Assembly: GCA_047947115.1 (NCBI GenBank)
Contig: CP170459.1
Location: 864,001 to 928,000, forward strand
Direction of reading: 5' to 3'
DNA: 64,000 bases
From: Verrucomicrobiota bacterium
Lineage (GTDB): Bacteria > Verrucomicrobiota > Verrucomicrobiia > Limisphaerales > AAA164-E04
In this document: one piece after another, positions 1-11,023 of the stretch
Layout: every line of letters begins with the position of its first letter
Position numbering within the stretch: the first letter of the stretch is position 1
Program-made: the position numbers and the translations under genes
The notes under the pieces: generated by a model
Told to the model about the DNA's origin: nothing
Databases searched by the model: none
What the model saw: only the letters and a program-made list of their open reading frames with translations

Positions 1-379
1 CCTTGGTCCAGTAGATCACGTTCTTGAAGTCTTCCAGATTGATTTCAGGCTCCCCTTCGATGAATCCCGCATCTTCGAAATTCAGATATGAACCAGGTAT
101 TTCCGCCCACTGATCGAAAGCGGTGCGAACGGCCTCCAGCTCATTCTCCCTGTTGGTTTCGGAGTATGCGCTCTGATCCAGATAATAACGTATGGTTTGT
201 GTTCCCGGTATCGCCGCTGTGGCGGGGAGCTGGCCGTTGGTAGCGATTTTGAACCAATGCTGTGCGAATCCATTGTTGCTCCACTGGGCGACAAAAGCGT
301 GGATGGGAATGGCAACAAGCACCAACATCAAAGAGCCAACTCCAACGAAAATTTTCTTTTGCTGGGATGTCCGCATCAT
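1..379 (-). CDS. Secreted protein, probably matrixin/M10-like metalloprotease (5' part only; runs off window edge)
   Basis: Not in the ORF track. Manual translation from ATG at 379 (ATGA overlap with the upstream stop) gives MMRTSQQKKIFVGVGSLMLVLVAIPIHAF...ELEAVRTAFDQWAEIPGSYLNFEDAG...KNVIYWTK, open to the edge. Signal peptide plus an AVRTAFDQW segment like matrixin N-termini; HEXXH not visible. Confidence 0.55.
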   Translation of the reverse strand, partial: MMRTSQQKKIFVGVGSLMLVLVAIPIHAFVAQWSNNGFAQHWFKIATNGQLPATAAIPGTQTIRYYLDQSAYSETNRENELEAVRTAFDQWAEIPGSYLNFEDAGFIEGEPEINLEDFKNVIYWTK

Positions 380-924
380 TTTACACCTCCCTTTACCTGA
401 GCTTTGAGTGATTCAATCGGCAGTGGCAACTGGTGAGGCAAACGTATCCCGCGTGTCTGCGGTGAGCTGGATCCAGGGGGCGCCCCACCATGAAACACGT
501 TGCGCACGTATAGTTTGGAATCATAATCAGATTTCAACACATCAAACTTTCCCTGAACCATTCCGATCGTTACACCTTGACCCTTGGAATTGATCCGGCA
601 AAACACAACCGCCTCTTCACCGAGAGCAAACTCAACCTGAAAAAGAACTTCAACCTTGCGCAAACCCAGGATCCCTCCACCATGAACCACTTCAAAGGTA
701 TCCCCGGCCACTTCGCCTTTCCAAACATCCTGCACTTGAAACTGGATGGATGTGAATACCCGCCCATCATCATCCCGCGCGACCTTTCTGGAAAGAACCT
801 TCCCCTGAAGCACCACGTCGGCTGCTTCTGTAAGATCTTGAACGGACAAAGGTAACAACGGCCCCGCTACTGCCGGATGAAGCCAGAAGGATAGACATAC
901 AAACAAACAAATTAATCGCTTCAT
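376..924 (-). CDS. Secreted hypothetical protein
   Basis: ORF 376..1125; likely start at ATG 924 (MKRLICLFVCLSFWLHPAVA signal peptide). Translationally coupled to the downstream gene. Confidence 0.75.
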   Translation of the reverse strand: MKRLICLFVCLSFWLHPAVAGPLLPLSVQDLTEAADVVLQGKVLSRKVARDDDGRVFTSIQFQVQDVWKGEVAGDTFEVVHGGGILGLRKVEVLFQVEFALGEEAVVFCRINSKGQGVTIGMVQGKFDVLKSDYDSKLYVRNVFHGGAPPGSSSPQTRGIRLPHQLPLPIESLKAQVKGGVK

Positions 925-1186
925 AAAAACAATACTCAAAAAACGAAAGCCAAACCTAAAAGAACAATATCGAAGGCGCAAAAGAAAATGATGGTTTGGT
1001 AGGCTTTCGATAACATTCAAGGTAACCTTCGCCATCCTGACACGGTCGATTATTTGTAGATTTCCTGAGGTAATCGACCATCTTTTGCCATTCGAATGAA
1101 TAATTTCGGTGGCTTGCCAATCCAAAACAGTCGTTTATGCTGAAGGAAAGCAAGAGACAAGGTTCGCCCTGAGAACAGACCCAGAG

Positions 1187-3538
1187 ATGTACATGCAAAA
1201 AACAACCCTTTTCGGCAAATGGACCGCGATGTTCGCCACCGCCGCCATGACTTATGGTGTCGGCTTGGCGGAGGAATCGTTGTCACCTGCCGCATCCGTT
1301 TTTCAAAAGGAAATGGTTCCGTTTCTAAAGCAATACTGCTACGAATGCCACGGGACCAAAAAGCAGAAGGCAGACGTCGACTTCGAAAACCTTCCGACCA
1401 CTACGGAAATATTCAAAGATACCGAATTATGGGAACTGACCAGGGACCTGTTGTTGGATAACGAAATGCCTCCGGAGAAAAGTCCTCAGCCGGGTATGGA
1501 GGATAAACAACACATCCTGGATCTGATCGACCTTGAGCTGGAACGATTCGATTGCGACTCCCTGTCCAATCCAGGCAGAGTCACCATCCGCCGCCTCAAC
1601 CGCGCTGAATACGACAATACCATCCGCGATCTTCTGGGTGTCAATTTCCAGCCTTCCAAAGATTTTCCATTGGACGAAGTGGGATACGGTTTCGACAACA
1701 TCGGCGATGTGCTTTCCCTGTCCCCCATCCTGATGGAAAAATACCTGAACGCAGCCGAATCCGTGGTAACCAACGCAATTTTGTCTCAAATTCCCGCCTG
1801 GCCGCCCGTCAGCCGACATCAGGCGGAGCAGTTCACCACCACGGAAGACGAAATTATCCGTGCGGAGGGTCCGGTGATGGGCTTTTACCGGGAAGGTTCC
1901 GCAAGCAAGACCATCGAGACCGAGCAGGCTGGTGAATTCAAGTTGATCATCCGAGCCTACGGTCAGCAGGCTGGCCCCGATCACGCCAAACTCGAAATCG
2001 CCATCAACGACAAGGACAAACAAGTCATCGATGTGGATGCTTTCCAGGACAAACCACGGACCTATACTATCAAAACCAACCTGGCGAAGGGTGCCAACCG
2101 TTTGTCGCTGGCCTATCTCAACAACTACAATGTCCAGGACCACCCCGTCGCCGAATTGAACGGGGACCGCAACTTGTTCGTGGACTACGTTGAGATTGAA
2201 GGTCCGCTCAATGTCGAAAGACCTGCGCTGCCAGAATCACATACACGCATCATTCCCGGTCAACCTGAACGCGGCAAAGAAATAGCCTATGCCGGGCAGG
2301 TCCTGAAACCATTCGCCAAACGCGCCTGGCGCCGGCCGGTCAGTGATCGGGAAACAGAAAGACTCACCTCGCTGGTCGCCTATGCGCTGGAACAGAAAGC
2401 CACCTTCGAAGAATCCATTCAAGTAGCGCTTCAAGCCATCCTGACCTCCCCGAGTTTCCTCTTCCGCTGGGAACTGGATCCCAGTGAAAAGGAAGGAGAA
2501 GGCACCCGCCAGTTGAACGAATACGAATTGGCCTCCCGCTTGTCCTACTTCCTTTGGAGCAGCATGCCGGATGAAGAATTGTTCGCCCTCGCTGATGAAG
2601 GAAGACTGAGCGATCCGGAGGTGATCAAACATCAGGTCGAGCGCATGATCCAGGATCCGAAATCGGACGCATTCGTCACGAATTTTGCCGGACAGTGGCT
2701 GCAGTTCCGAAGCCTGGACACCGTCACTCCCGACCCCACCCGATTCCCAACCTACAACGATGAACTGCGTCAGGCCATGCAGCGCGAAAGCGAACTCTTC
2801 TTTTCGGAAATCATGCGCACCAACCGCAGCCTCACCGATTTTTTGGACGCGGACTTCACTTACCTGAACGAAACACTCGCGCGTCACTATGGTATGGAAG
2901 GTGTGCAAGGAAAAGAATTCCAGAGAGTCTCGCTGGACGCCGACAGTCAACGAGGAGGCGTCCTGACCCAGGCCAGCGTTCTGACTCTGACCTCCAACCC
3001 CACCCGCACCTCCCCCGTGTTGCGTGGCAAATGGATCCTGGAACAGATTATGGGCACCCCACCCCCACCTCCCCCGCCTGATGCGCCCCTCCTGGAAGAA
3101 ACCGAGGAAGCGATGCTGTCCGGATCTCTGCGCGAGCGCATGGAGAAACACCGCATCAAACCGGATTGCGCAACTTGCCATGAAAAAATGGACCCGATCG
3201 GATTTGCTTTTGAAAACTTCAATGCAGTGGGCGAATGGCGGGATCTGGACGAAGGTTTCCCCATTGATCCATCGGGCAAGCTGCCCGATGGAACAGAGTT
3301 CAACGGGCCCAAAGACCTGATCAAGGAACTCATGAACCGCGAAACCTTCGTGCGTTCGGTGATCGAGAAAATGTTGACGTTTGCACTTGGGCGCGGTTTA
3401 GAATACTATGATCAGTGCACCGTTGACGAAATTTACGAGGATTTGAGCGCAGATCATCTGAAGTTCCAAACTCTGATTCAATCAATTGTGCTCAGCAAAC
3501 CATTTCAATTGAGAAATCTGGAAGGCGACGCTTTATGA
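1187..3538 (+). CDS. DUF1592/DUF1588/DUF1587/DUF1585/DUF1595 (PSD) family planctomycete cytochrome c protein
   Basis: N-terminal CYECH, RRLNRAEYDNTIRDLLG, YELASRLSYFLWSSMPD, TSPVLRGKWIL, C-terminal CATCH. Start uncertain (ORF from 1109). Confidence 0.92.
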   Translation: MYMQKTTLFGKWTAMFATAAMTYGVGLAEESLSPAASVFQKEMVPFLKQYCYECHGTKKQKADVDFENLPTTTEIFKDTELWELTRDLLLDNEMPPEKSPQPGMEDKQHILDLIDLELERFDCDSLSNPGRVTIRRLNRAEYDNTIRDLLGVNFQPSKDFPLDEVGYGFDNIGDVLSLSPILMEKYLNAAESVVTNAILSQIPAWPPVSRHQAEQFTTTEDEIIRAEGPVMGFYREGSASKTIETEQAGEFKLIIRAYGQQAGPDHAKLEIAINDKDKQVIDVDAFQDKPRTYTIKTNLAKGANRLSLAYLNNYNVQDHPVAELNGDRNLFVDYVEIEGPLNVERPALPESHTRIIPGQPERGKEIAYAGQVLKPFAKRAWRRPVSDRETERLTSLVAYALEQKATFEESIQVALQAILTSPSFLFRWELDPSEKEGEGTRQLNEYELASRLSYFLWSSMPDEELFALADEGRLSDPEVIKHQVERMIQDPKSDAFVTNFAGQWLQFRSLDTVTPDPTRFPTYNDELRQAMQRESELFFSEIMRTNRSLTDFLDADFTYLNETLARHYGMEGVQGKEFQRVSLDADSQRGGVLTQASVLTLTSNPTRTSPVLRGKWILEQIMGTPPPPPPPDAPLLEETEEAMLSGSLRERMEKHRIKPDCATCHEKMDPIGFAFENFNAVGEWRDLDEGFPIDPSGKLPDGTEFNGPKDLIKELMNRETFVRSVIEKMLTFALGRGLEYYDQCTVDEIYEDLSADHLKFQTLIQSIVLSKPFQLRNLEGDAL

Positions 3539-4893
3539 AAAACACACAACACTGGACACGCAGAAACTTCCTCAGAGGCCTGGGCACTGCATTGGCTCTG
3601 CCAACCCTGAGTTCCGTCTCTCCATTACGCGGGTTGGCAGCTGGGGGATCCTCCGAGCATCCACTGCGTATGGCATTCATGTTTGTGCCCAATGGCATAC
3701 ACATGCCAGACTGGACCCCGACCACGACAGGCCGACATTTTGAGTTACCAAAGATCCTCAGTTCCCTCGAACCCATCAAGCAGGATCTGGTGGTGCTCAG
3801 TGGTTTAACCCATGATAAAGGGCGTGCCAATGGGGACGGAGCGGGAGATCATGCCCGTTCAGCCGGGGTTTTTCTCACCGGAGTGCAACCATTGAAAAGC
3901 GAGGGATCCGAAATCCGGGCAGGTGTTTCAGCCGACCAGGTTGTCGCCAAAGCCATCGGGCATCACACTCGGTTCGCCTCCCTGGAAATCGGAGCTGAAA
4001 CAGGACGTCAATCCGGCAAATGCGATTCCGGTTACAGTTGTGCTTACTCCAACAACATTTCATGGCGCGATGAAGCCACTCCGATGACCAAGGAAGTCAA
4101 TCCTCGACTCGTCTTTGAACGTTTGTTTGGCAACCAGATACAAACCGAGGAAACCGAAAGCCTGGCGCGCCGCAAACGCCTTCGGAAAAGCATCCTCGAT
4201 TTTGTGCTCGATGACGCACATCGCCTGGAAAAACGTGCCAGCTACCGTGATAAACAAAAGCTTGGCGAATACCTGACCGCAGTGCGCGAAATCGAACAAC
4301 GTATCGAACGCGCAGAACGCGATGCGAACGAACGTCCGGATTACCTGACAGAGTTTGATGCGCCCGAGGGCATCCCCGCCTCTTATGAGGAACACATCAA
4401 ACTGCTCGGAGACCTCATGGTGCTTGCTTTCCAGGCCGATGTCACACGCATCTCAACCTTTATGCTCGCCAACGAAGGCAGTAACCGCAGCTACCGCCCC
4501 ATCGGAGTCAATGACGGACATCACAGCTTGTCTCATCATCAGAGTGATCCTGTCAAACTGGCAAAAATCAGCGAAATCAATGAATTCCACGTCCGACAGG
4601 CCGCCTACATCCTTCAGAAAATGAAATCGATTCCCGAAGGAGACGGCACCCTGCTGGATCACAGTATGATCGTTTACGGTGCTGGCATCAGCGACGGGAA
4701 CCGTCACAACAATGAAAACCTGCCTGTCTTTCTGGCCGGTGGGGCCAACGGCAAAATCCAGACCGGCCGCCATGTGAGTTACGAATTCGAGACCCCCATG
4801 GCCAACCTGCTCCGCTCCATGATCCATCACATGGGCGTGGAAGCGAATCATTTCGGTGACAGCACCGGGTTGCTGAGAGGTCTGGAAGGCTGA
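3535..4893 (+). CDS. DUF1552 (HXXSHH) family protein, Tat-exported
   Basis: TRRNFLRGLG twin-arginine motif, HHSLSHH motif, ATGA coupling to the DUF1592 gene (known gene pair). Confidence 0.93.
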   Translation: MKNTQHWTRRNFLRGLGTALALPTLSSVSPLRGLAAGGSSEHPLRMAFMFVPNGIHMPDWTPTTTGRHFELPKILSSLEPIKQDLVVLSGLTHDKGRANGDGAGDHARSAGVFLTGVQPLKSEGSEIRAGVSADQVVAKAIGHHTRFASLEIGAETGRQSGKCDSGYSCAYSNNISWRDEATPMTKEVNPRLVFERLFGNQIQTEETESLARRKRLRKSILDFVLDDAHRLEKRASYRDKQKLGEYLTAVREIEQRIERAERDANERPDYLTEFDAPEGIPASYEEHIKLLGDLMVLAFQADVTRISTFMLANEGSNRSYRPIGVNDGHHSLSHHQSDPVKLAKISEINEFHVRQAAYILQKMKSIPEGDGTLLDHSMIVYGAGISDGNRHNNENLPVFLAGGANGKIQTGRHVSYEFETPMANLLRSMIHHMGVEANHFGDSTGLLRGLEG

Positions 4894-5032
4894 TCTTCAG
4901 AACTTGTCCACGTATCGTTGTTTTAAAAAAACAAACTTTGATCGATGGCGGCTCCTGTTCCCGGTGACTGGTGCCGCCATTTTTATTGAATTGTCACTCA
5001 TTCAAATCATTACACATCCGACCAAGTTTTCC

Positions 5033-7285
5033 ATGAATACGAAGCGACCATCGAGCGCAGGAATGTTGTTACTGTCCATCCTGTTGCTGATCTCCGCAAT
5101 CGCCCCCATCCATAAAAGCATCGCACAGGAGAAAAGCGTTGCCGAACTCATCACAGATCTTTCTTCCGGTGACGACCGGACACGCAGGGACGCCGCCATG
5201 TTCTTAAGCAATCTGGCTGCGGAATCCAGTGACGTGATCGAAGCTGTTCCGGCGTTGGTCAAGGCATTGGATGATTCCGAACAACAGGTCTGGTTTCACT
5301 CCGTCACCGCCCTTTCCCGACTCGGCCCCGATGCCGCCCCGGCCATTCCCAAACTGATCGACGACCTCGGCCGGATGAGCCGGCGTGGCGTCAATGTGAA
5401 ATGGTACCGCAGCGCACACGCATTGGGACAAATTGGTGAAGCCGCCGTGGAACCTCTCCTGAAGGCCTGCCAGAATTCCAACTCCAGCACACGAGCCGGA
5501 GCCGCCAAGGCATTCGAATGGATCCCTGAAGCCGTGGTAAGTAGCGTGCCGGCATTGATCCATCTCCTTGAAGATGCCGATGAGGATGTCCGAGACACCG
5601 CTGCCGAGACCCTGGGGGTTCTGCCCGAACCTGCGCTCACAAGCCTGAAGGCAAACATGACTCATGCCAACGCCCAAACCCGTGCCGCCGTTTACCAGGC
5701 TCTCGGAGTCATGGGCTTGAAAGCATCCAGCCTCGCAGACCCCTTGCTGAACCAACTTGCTTCAGAGACGGACACGATCGCCCTTCAAATTGGTTTGGAA
5801 GCGTTGGCCAAAATGGATGTCCCGATCACGCCTTTCGCGGAACAGGTCAAAACACTGTTTTCACGTGAAGAAGAAGTCATCCAACAAGCCGTGGCGAACG
5901 CCATCTTGTCCATGCCTAGTGAAGTATCCGTTCCCATGCTGATCGAACGGCTTGATCACCCGGAATTGGACATCAGCATTCGGGCTGCCGAATTACTCGG
6001 ACATTTGGGATCCAACGCAATACCGGCACTCAAGCCCCTCCTGGACAAAGCTCAAGGCCAACTCACAAACCAAGCCCCCAACCGCACTTATCAGAAGGCT
6101 TTTACGGAAATCGGTTTGTCAGGCGTTCCCATTCTGTTGGAACATATAGGGAAAACTACAAACCGCGGAGATTCGGATTGGATCACCCCCATGTTGGCGG
6201 ATTATGGGATGATAGGGGTCAATTCTCTGAAACAAGGACTGGAAACCGACAATCCAAGACAAATCGAAGTCATCCTGAATGCATTTGCCTTAATGGAAAC
6301 ACAAGCCATGGCAGCGGCGTCCGAAATCTCGGGCCTGACCCATCACAAGGAGCCGAGTGTTCGCTCAGTGGCGGTGGAGGCCCTGGTGTCGATCGGCCTC
6401 AAATCCGCAAAATTTTCGGAAATCATCGAACCACTCCTTACGGATGAATCGCTGGAAGTCCGACAGGCTGCCGTGAGTTCCCTCAGAAAAGTTCCTGAAG
6501 CCGCAGAAGGTCAGCTCGGAAAATTGAAGGGTTTGCTGGATGACCCCTCCGCCAAACTCCGAGCAAGCGCTCTGCTGGCTCTCTCCAGTGTGGGACAAAG
6601 AGCCGCAGACCTGGCCCATCAAGCCGCCACCCTCCTGGCAGACCCAGATGTGGATGTGAAAAAGGCCGCGATTCGCGCGTTGGGCTCCTTTCGATCGGCG
6701 CCCACCTTGGCAATAAGCCAGATGGATTGGCTGGGGTATCACGGTGATCCTGACATTCGATTGCTTGTTTTGGAATCCCTCAGCAAACTGAGCGACCAGG
6801 CAACATCATCACTCCCACTTTTCGAGGCATCCCTGGATCATGAAAACAACGCCATTCGTTTGGCGGCTCTCGAGGGATTCTCCATGATCGAAACCCAACC
6901 AGAAAAACTGCTTCCCATCCTGATGCGTGCCTTGGACGACACCGATCAGGAAATCCGACACGCCAGTCTCAAGGCCATGACGTCCCTGGACGATGCGGCA
7001 GCCGGCGCCATCCCAGCCCTGATCCGGAGACTGGAAGAGAGTGAGGATCGTGAAATGGCTCTGGGAGTCTTGAGAAGACTGCCTTCCGAGACGGATTACC
7101 TCGACAACTATGTCTCCGCACTCGAACACGACGATCCCGGAGTACGGGCATTCGGATGTCGCGCCCTCGGCAAGCTGGGTAAAGAAGCCGAGTCCGCATT
7201 ACCCGCGTTGCGTCAGGCACGCCGCGACCGTTATCGTTTCGTGCGTGAACAGGCGGACGAAGCCATCAAACGCATCGAAGGCTGA
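5033..7285 (+). CDS. Exported HEAT/PBS-lyase repeat protein
   Basis: Many AVPALxxxLxD..VR..AA.ALG repeats; signal peptide after MNTKRP (ORF from 4904). Confidence 0.88.
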   Translation: MNTKRPSSAGMLLLSILLLISAIAPIHKSIAQEKSVAELITDLSSGDDRTRRDAAMFLSNLAAESSDVIEAVPALVKALDDSEQQVWFHSVTALSRLGPDAAPAIPKLIDDLGRMSRRGVNVKWYRSAHALGQIGEAAVEPLLKACQNSNSSTRAGAAKAFEWIPEAVVSSVPALIHLLEDADEDVRDTAAETLGVLPEPALTSLKANMTHANAQTRAAVYQALGVMGLKASSLADPLLNQLASETDTIALQIGLEALAKMDVPITPFAEQVKTLFSREEEVIQQAVANAILSMPSEVSVPMLIERLDHPELDISIRAAELLGHLGSNAIPALKPLLDKAQGQLTNQAPNRTYQKAFTEIGLSGVPILLEHIGKTTNRGDSDWITPMLADYGMIGVNSLKQGLETDNPRQIEVILNAFALMETQAMAAASEISGLTHHKEPSVRSVAVEALVSIGLKSAKFSEIIEPLLTDESLEVRQAAVSSLRKVPEAAEGQLGKLKGLLDDPSAKLRASALLALSSVGQRAADLAHQAATLLADPDVDVKKAAIRALGSFRSAPTLAISQMDWLGYHGDPDIRLLVLESLSKLSDQATSSLPLFEASLDHENNAIRLAALEGFSMIETQPEKLLPILMRALDDTDQEIRHASLKAMTSLDDAAAGAIPALIRRLEESEDREMALGVLRRLPSETDYLDNYVSALEHDDPGVRAFGCRALGKLGKEAESALPALRQARRDRYRFVREQADEAIKRIEG

Positions 7286-7326
7286 AGTCTTTGACACTGA
7301 CAACAAGTATCTCCCATAATGGGCTC

Positions 7327-8166
7327 ATGCGTATTGATGCCCATCAGCATTTCTGGGAGTACGATCCGGAAGACTATCCCTGGATCACCGAAGAACTCGG
7401 TGTGCTCCGGCGTAGTTTTTTACCGCCGCACCTGATGCCGGAACTGGTGAAATCCGATCTGGATGGATCCATTGCCGTTCAAGCAAGACAGACCCTGGAA
7501 GAATCGAGATGGCTGCTCCGGTTGTCGGAGCAAAACCCCGGCATATTGGGGGTGGTCGGCTGGGTGGACCTCTGCTCCGATCAGGTTGAAGAACAACTTC
7601 AGGAATTCGCAAAGCATCCGCAATTTGTCGGCGTTCGACACGTGGTACAGGATGAACCGGATGACAACTTCATGCTGCGATCCGACTTTCAGCATGGAAT
7701 ATCAAAACTCAAGGAATTCGGTTTGACTTATGACATCCTTGTGTTTCCGAAGCAACTGTCCGCGGCCATCGAACTGGTCAGGAAGTTCCCGGACCAACCC
7801 TTCGTCATCGACCACATCGCCAAACCACAAATCCGCGACAAAACAATCGCCCCCTGGGACGACTACATGAGACAACTCGCATCGTTCTCCAACGTCTGCT
7901 GCAAAGTGTCGGGAATGGTCACCGAAGCGGACTGGAAGGAATGGCAGGCAAAGGACATGAAACCTTATCTCGATGTGGTCTTTGATGCATTCGGTCCGGA
8001 TCGACTGATGTTCGGCACGGACTGGCCGGTGTGCCAATTGGCCGGAGAATATCAATCTGTATTTGACGTGGTGCATTCTTACATGAGCTCACTGTCGGAC
8101 GCAGAACGCGCCGCGGTCATGGGCGGCACGGCGGCGAAATTCTATGGAGTTGCCAAACGCCCCTGA
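7327..8166 (+). CDS. Amidohydrolase_2 family protein, L-fucono-1,5-lactonase-like
   Basis: MRIDAHQHFW, VIDHIAKP, CKVSGMVTEA, RLMFGTDWPVC motifs. Confidence 0.85.
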   Translation: MRIDAHQHFWEYDPEDYPWITEELGVLRRSFLPPHLMPELVKSDLDGSIAVQARQTLEESRWLLRLSEQNPGILGVVGWVDLCSDQVEEQLQEFAKHPQFVGVRHVVQDEPDDNFMLRSDFQHGISKLKEFGLTYDILVFPKQLSAAIELVRKFPDQPFVIDHIAKPQIRDKTIAPWDDYMRQLASFSNVCCKVSGMVTEADWKEWQAKDMKPYLDVVFDAFGPDRLMFGTDWPVCQLAGEYQSVFDVVHSYMSSLSDAERAAVMGGTAAKFYGVAKRP

Positions 8167-8221
8167 CATCAATCAAGCCAAGGCACCAAACGAAACAGAA
8201 CTCTTTCATTTCAGGAAACCA

Positions 8222-11002
8222 ATGAATCCCCTGCACGAACAGATTCAGGAAATTGCCGTTCAAAAACTTGTCGGGAAAAGCAATCTTCGCAACGAAGCGA
8301 TTGATATGGCCCCCTATCAGTCCTACCTGAAGAAAGTCACCCTTAAACTGCGAACCGAACATCGCACAGGAAGTTCCGGAATCAACATCGTCCATGCCCG
8401 ATCCTTCATGATGGACTTGTTGATCCAACAACTGTTCAAGGATGTGTCCACATTGTATGCCGAGGAAATCCCTGCGAAAGCGCAGTTGGCGGCGGTAGCT
8501 TTCGGCGGATACGGAAGACACGAACTGAATCCGCAAAGCGATGTGGACATCATGATCCTCAGTGAAGGTGGATTCAAAAAACATGGCGGAGCCGAAAAGT
8601 GGATGGAAAAGTTCTGTGCCCTATTCCATCAAACATTGCTCGATCTCAAACTTAAACTGGGATACATCACGCGCAACATTGACGACTGTGTTCACTTTTC
8701 AAATGAAGACGTAAAAACCAAGACGTCCTTGATCGAAACTCGTTTGCTGGCAGGAAATGGCACGGTTTATCAGAACATGCAGAAGGCGATGCTCGAGCAA
8801 TGCGTTCAGGGAAAGGAAAACGAATACCTCGCGGCCCGACTAAACGACCAGCGCACACGCAGACAGCGCTACGGAAACACGCCTTTCATGCAGGAACCGG
8901 AGATCAAGAACGGTTGCGGAGGATTGCGTGATTATCAAAACCTGATCTGGATGGCCTATTTTAAATATCGGGTCAAATCATTGGAAGATCTGGAGAAAAA
9001 CCGCCACATCAACAAGGCTGAGTACCGACACCTGAGCGAAGCATACGATTTCCTGCAACGTGTGCGAAACGAAATGCATTACCGGAAGAACCGGGCGGAG
9101 GACAAACTGTACAAAAGCATCCAACCTCAGATTGCCTACGGTCTGGGATTCAAGGAAACGTCTCCCAGCAAGCGCATCGAAGCCTTCATGCAGATGGTTT
9201 ACTTCCACATGCGCCAAATCTTCCTGCTCACCCGGCAACTGGAAGAAAGCCTGGCACTGGATCCCAAACCCAAGGCAAAACCTTTCTGGCATAAATTCTT
9301 TCCAAAAACCAAAGAAGTCGAACCACCCAAACCGGTGGATGGTTTTCATATTGAAGAGGAATGGATTCGCGCCCAATCATGGCGTGTCTTCCGTGAACAA
9401 CCTCGTCGGATGATGCGTATCTTTCTGCAGGCACAGCAACGAGGCCTGCGCATCCACCCCCGCACCGCCCAGATGATGCGGCATGGTTTGCAAATCATCA
9501 AAAATTCCTTTCTGACAGATGAACATGTCCGGGAAACCTTTCTGGAAATCCTGACCGAACGCGGCAACGTCAGCCAGATTCTCCGCATGATGCACGAGGT
9601 GGGTGTTCTCGGTAAATACATCCCTGAATTCGGCAAACTGACCGGCATGGTGCAGCATGAGTTCTTCCACATGTATACCGCCGATGAACACACACTCATG
9701 TGTCTCGAACACCTGGACCGTATCTGGGACGCAAATGGGAATTATCACAAACACTACACAGGGGTTTTTCAAGACCTGGAAAATCCACATCTGCTTTACC
9801 TTGCCCTCCTCCTTCACGACACCGGCAAAGCCACCAAAAAGAAAAGTCGCTCCCATTCTGATATAGGAATTGATCTGGCACTGCGCGTCGCCGAACGTCT
9901 CGACCTCCCGGAGGACCACCGCAAAACTTTGGCCCTGTTGGTGGAACACCACCTGACCATGGCAGAAATCTCGCAACGTCGAGACCTGGAAGACAATGAA
10001 GAAATTCAGCGTTTCGCGGAAATTGTCGGAACGGTGGAACGACTCGACATGCTGTTGCTCCTGACCTTTTCAGATTCCATGGGCACCAGTGACGAACTAT
10101 GGACGGGATTCAAAGAAGCCCTGATCTGGACCCTTTATGATCGCGCCCGCCACATTCTTTCCGGCAACCCCCTGGAACAACAGGAAATTGCTGAAGAGAA
10201 GGAAGAAATCCGCACATGGCTGCGCGGGCAGCTCCGTCCAAGCGTCAAGGATGACGAAATCGACGCTCATATGGAGCACATGCCGAAGCGCTACTTTAGA
10301 AACCGGCCCCGAGCCATGATGGCTCAGGACATCACACTGGCTCACCGGTTCATGTGGCGTCAGGTCAGCCGACAGGATCGCGCCCTTGAACCCATTGTTC
10401 ATTGGCGTCATGAACGCGATCGCGGTTATTCAGTGGTGGATGTCTGCACATGGGATCGCCCCGCCATCTTCACCAAATTCACAGGAGCCCTCACTGCAGC
10501 GGGCCTGAACATTTTGAGTGCACGCATTTTTTCACGTGGCGACGGCATCGTGCTGGATAGCTTTGAAGTCGTCGATGCCGGTACTGGCGTACTGGTTAAA
10601 AAACACAAACGCGACAAATTCAGCAAGATCATCAAAGAGGTTCTGACGGGCAGAGCCAACCTGGAGAAGCTGGTGGAGAAAGCCTGCCAAACTCCCCCGC
10701 TCTATCAAGTCGTCGAGCGCGATTCCATCCCCACAAAGGTTGAGTTCGACAACGATCGTCTCCCCAGAAGAACGATCGTGGAAATCGAGACGGAAGATCA
10801 GGTGGGCTTGCTCTACAAAGTGTCACACGTCTTCGCATCGCTGGACATCGACCTTTCCTACGCCAAGATCCTCACCGAAAAGGGGGCTGCCGTGGATAGT
10901 TTCTATATCAAAAACGCCGAAGGTGAAAAAATCACGTCCGCAAAGGAACAAAAAATCATTACCAAGGCCCTGACCGAAGCATTGACGCTGACCAATCGTT
11001 GA
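8222..11002 (+). CDS. glnD: [protein-PII] uridylyltransferase/uridylyl-removing enzyme
   Basis: GGYGRHELNPQSDVD nucleotidyltransferase motif, KNGCGGLRD, HMYTADEH, LLHDTGK HD domain, two C-terminal ACT domains. Confidence 0.95.
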   Translation: MNPLHEQIQEIAVQKLVGKSNLRNEAIDMAPYQSYLKKVTLKLRTEHRTGSSGINIVHARSFMMDLLIQQLFKDVSTLYAEEIPAKAQLAAVAFGGYGRHELNPQSDVDIMILSEGGFKKHGGAEKWMEKFCALFHQTLLDLKLKLGYITRNIDDCVHFSNEDVKTKTSLIETRLLAGNGTVYQNMQKAMLEQCVQGKENEYLAARLNDQRTRRQRYGNTPFMQEPEIKNGCGGLRDYQNLIWMAYFKYRVKSLEDLEKNRHINKAEYRHLSEAYDFLQRVRNEMHYRKNRAEDKLYKSIQPQIAYGLGFKETSPSKRIEAFMQMVYFHMRQIFLLTRQLEESLALDPKPKAKPFWHKFFPKTKEVEPPKPVDGFHIEEEWIRAQSWRVFREQPRRMMRIFLQAQQRGLRIHPRTAQMMRHGLQIIKNSFLTDEHVRETFLEILTERGNVSQILRMMHEVGVLGKYIPEFGKLTGMVQHEFFHMYTADEHTLMCLEHLDRIWDANGNYHKHYTGVFQDLENPHLLYLALLLHDTGKATKKKSRSHSDIGIDLALRVAERLDLPEDHRKTLALLVEHHLTMAEISQRRDLEDNEEIQRFAEIVGTVERLDMLLLLTFSDSMGTSDELWTGFKEALIWTLYDRARHILSGNPLEQQEIAEEKEEIRTWLRGQLRPSVKDDEIDAHMEHMPKRYFRNRPRAMMAQDITLAHRFMWRQVSRQDRALEPIVHWRHERDRGYSVVDVCTWDRPAIFTKFTGALTAAGLNILSARIFSRGDGIVLDSFEVVDAGTGVLVKKHKRDKFSKIIKEVLTGRANLEKLVEKACQTPPLYQVVERDSIPTKVEFDNDRLPRRTIVEIETEDQVGLLYKVSHVFASLDIDLSYAKILTEKGAAVDSFYIKNAEGEKITSAKEQKIITKALTEALTLTNR

Positions 11003-11023
11003 ACCACTCTTGCCGGACACATC

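Noticed and set aside
2237..3181. Long antisense ORFs (this one, 1427..2143, 26496..27293, 39443..40354, 48508..49485)
   Set aside because: Shadow frames opposite well-supported genes, with no recognisable motifs.
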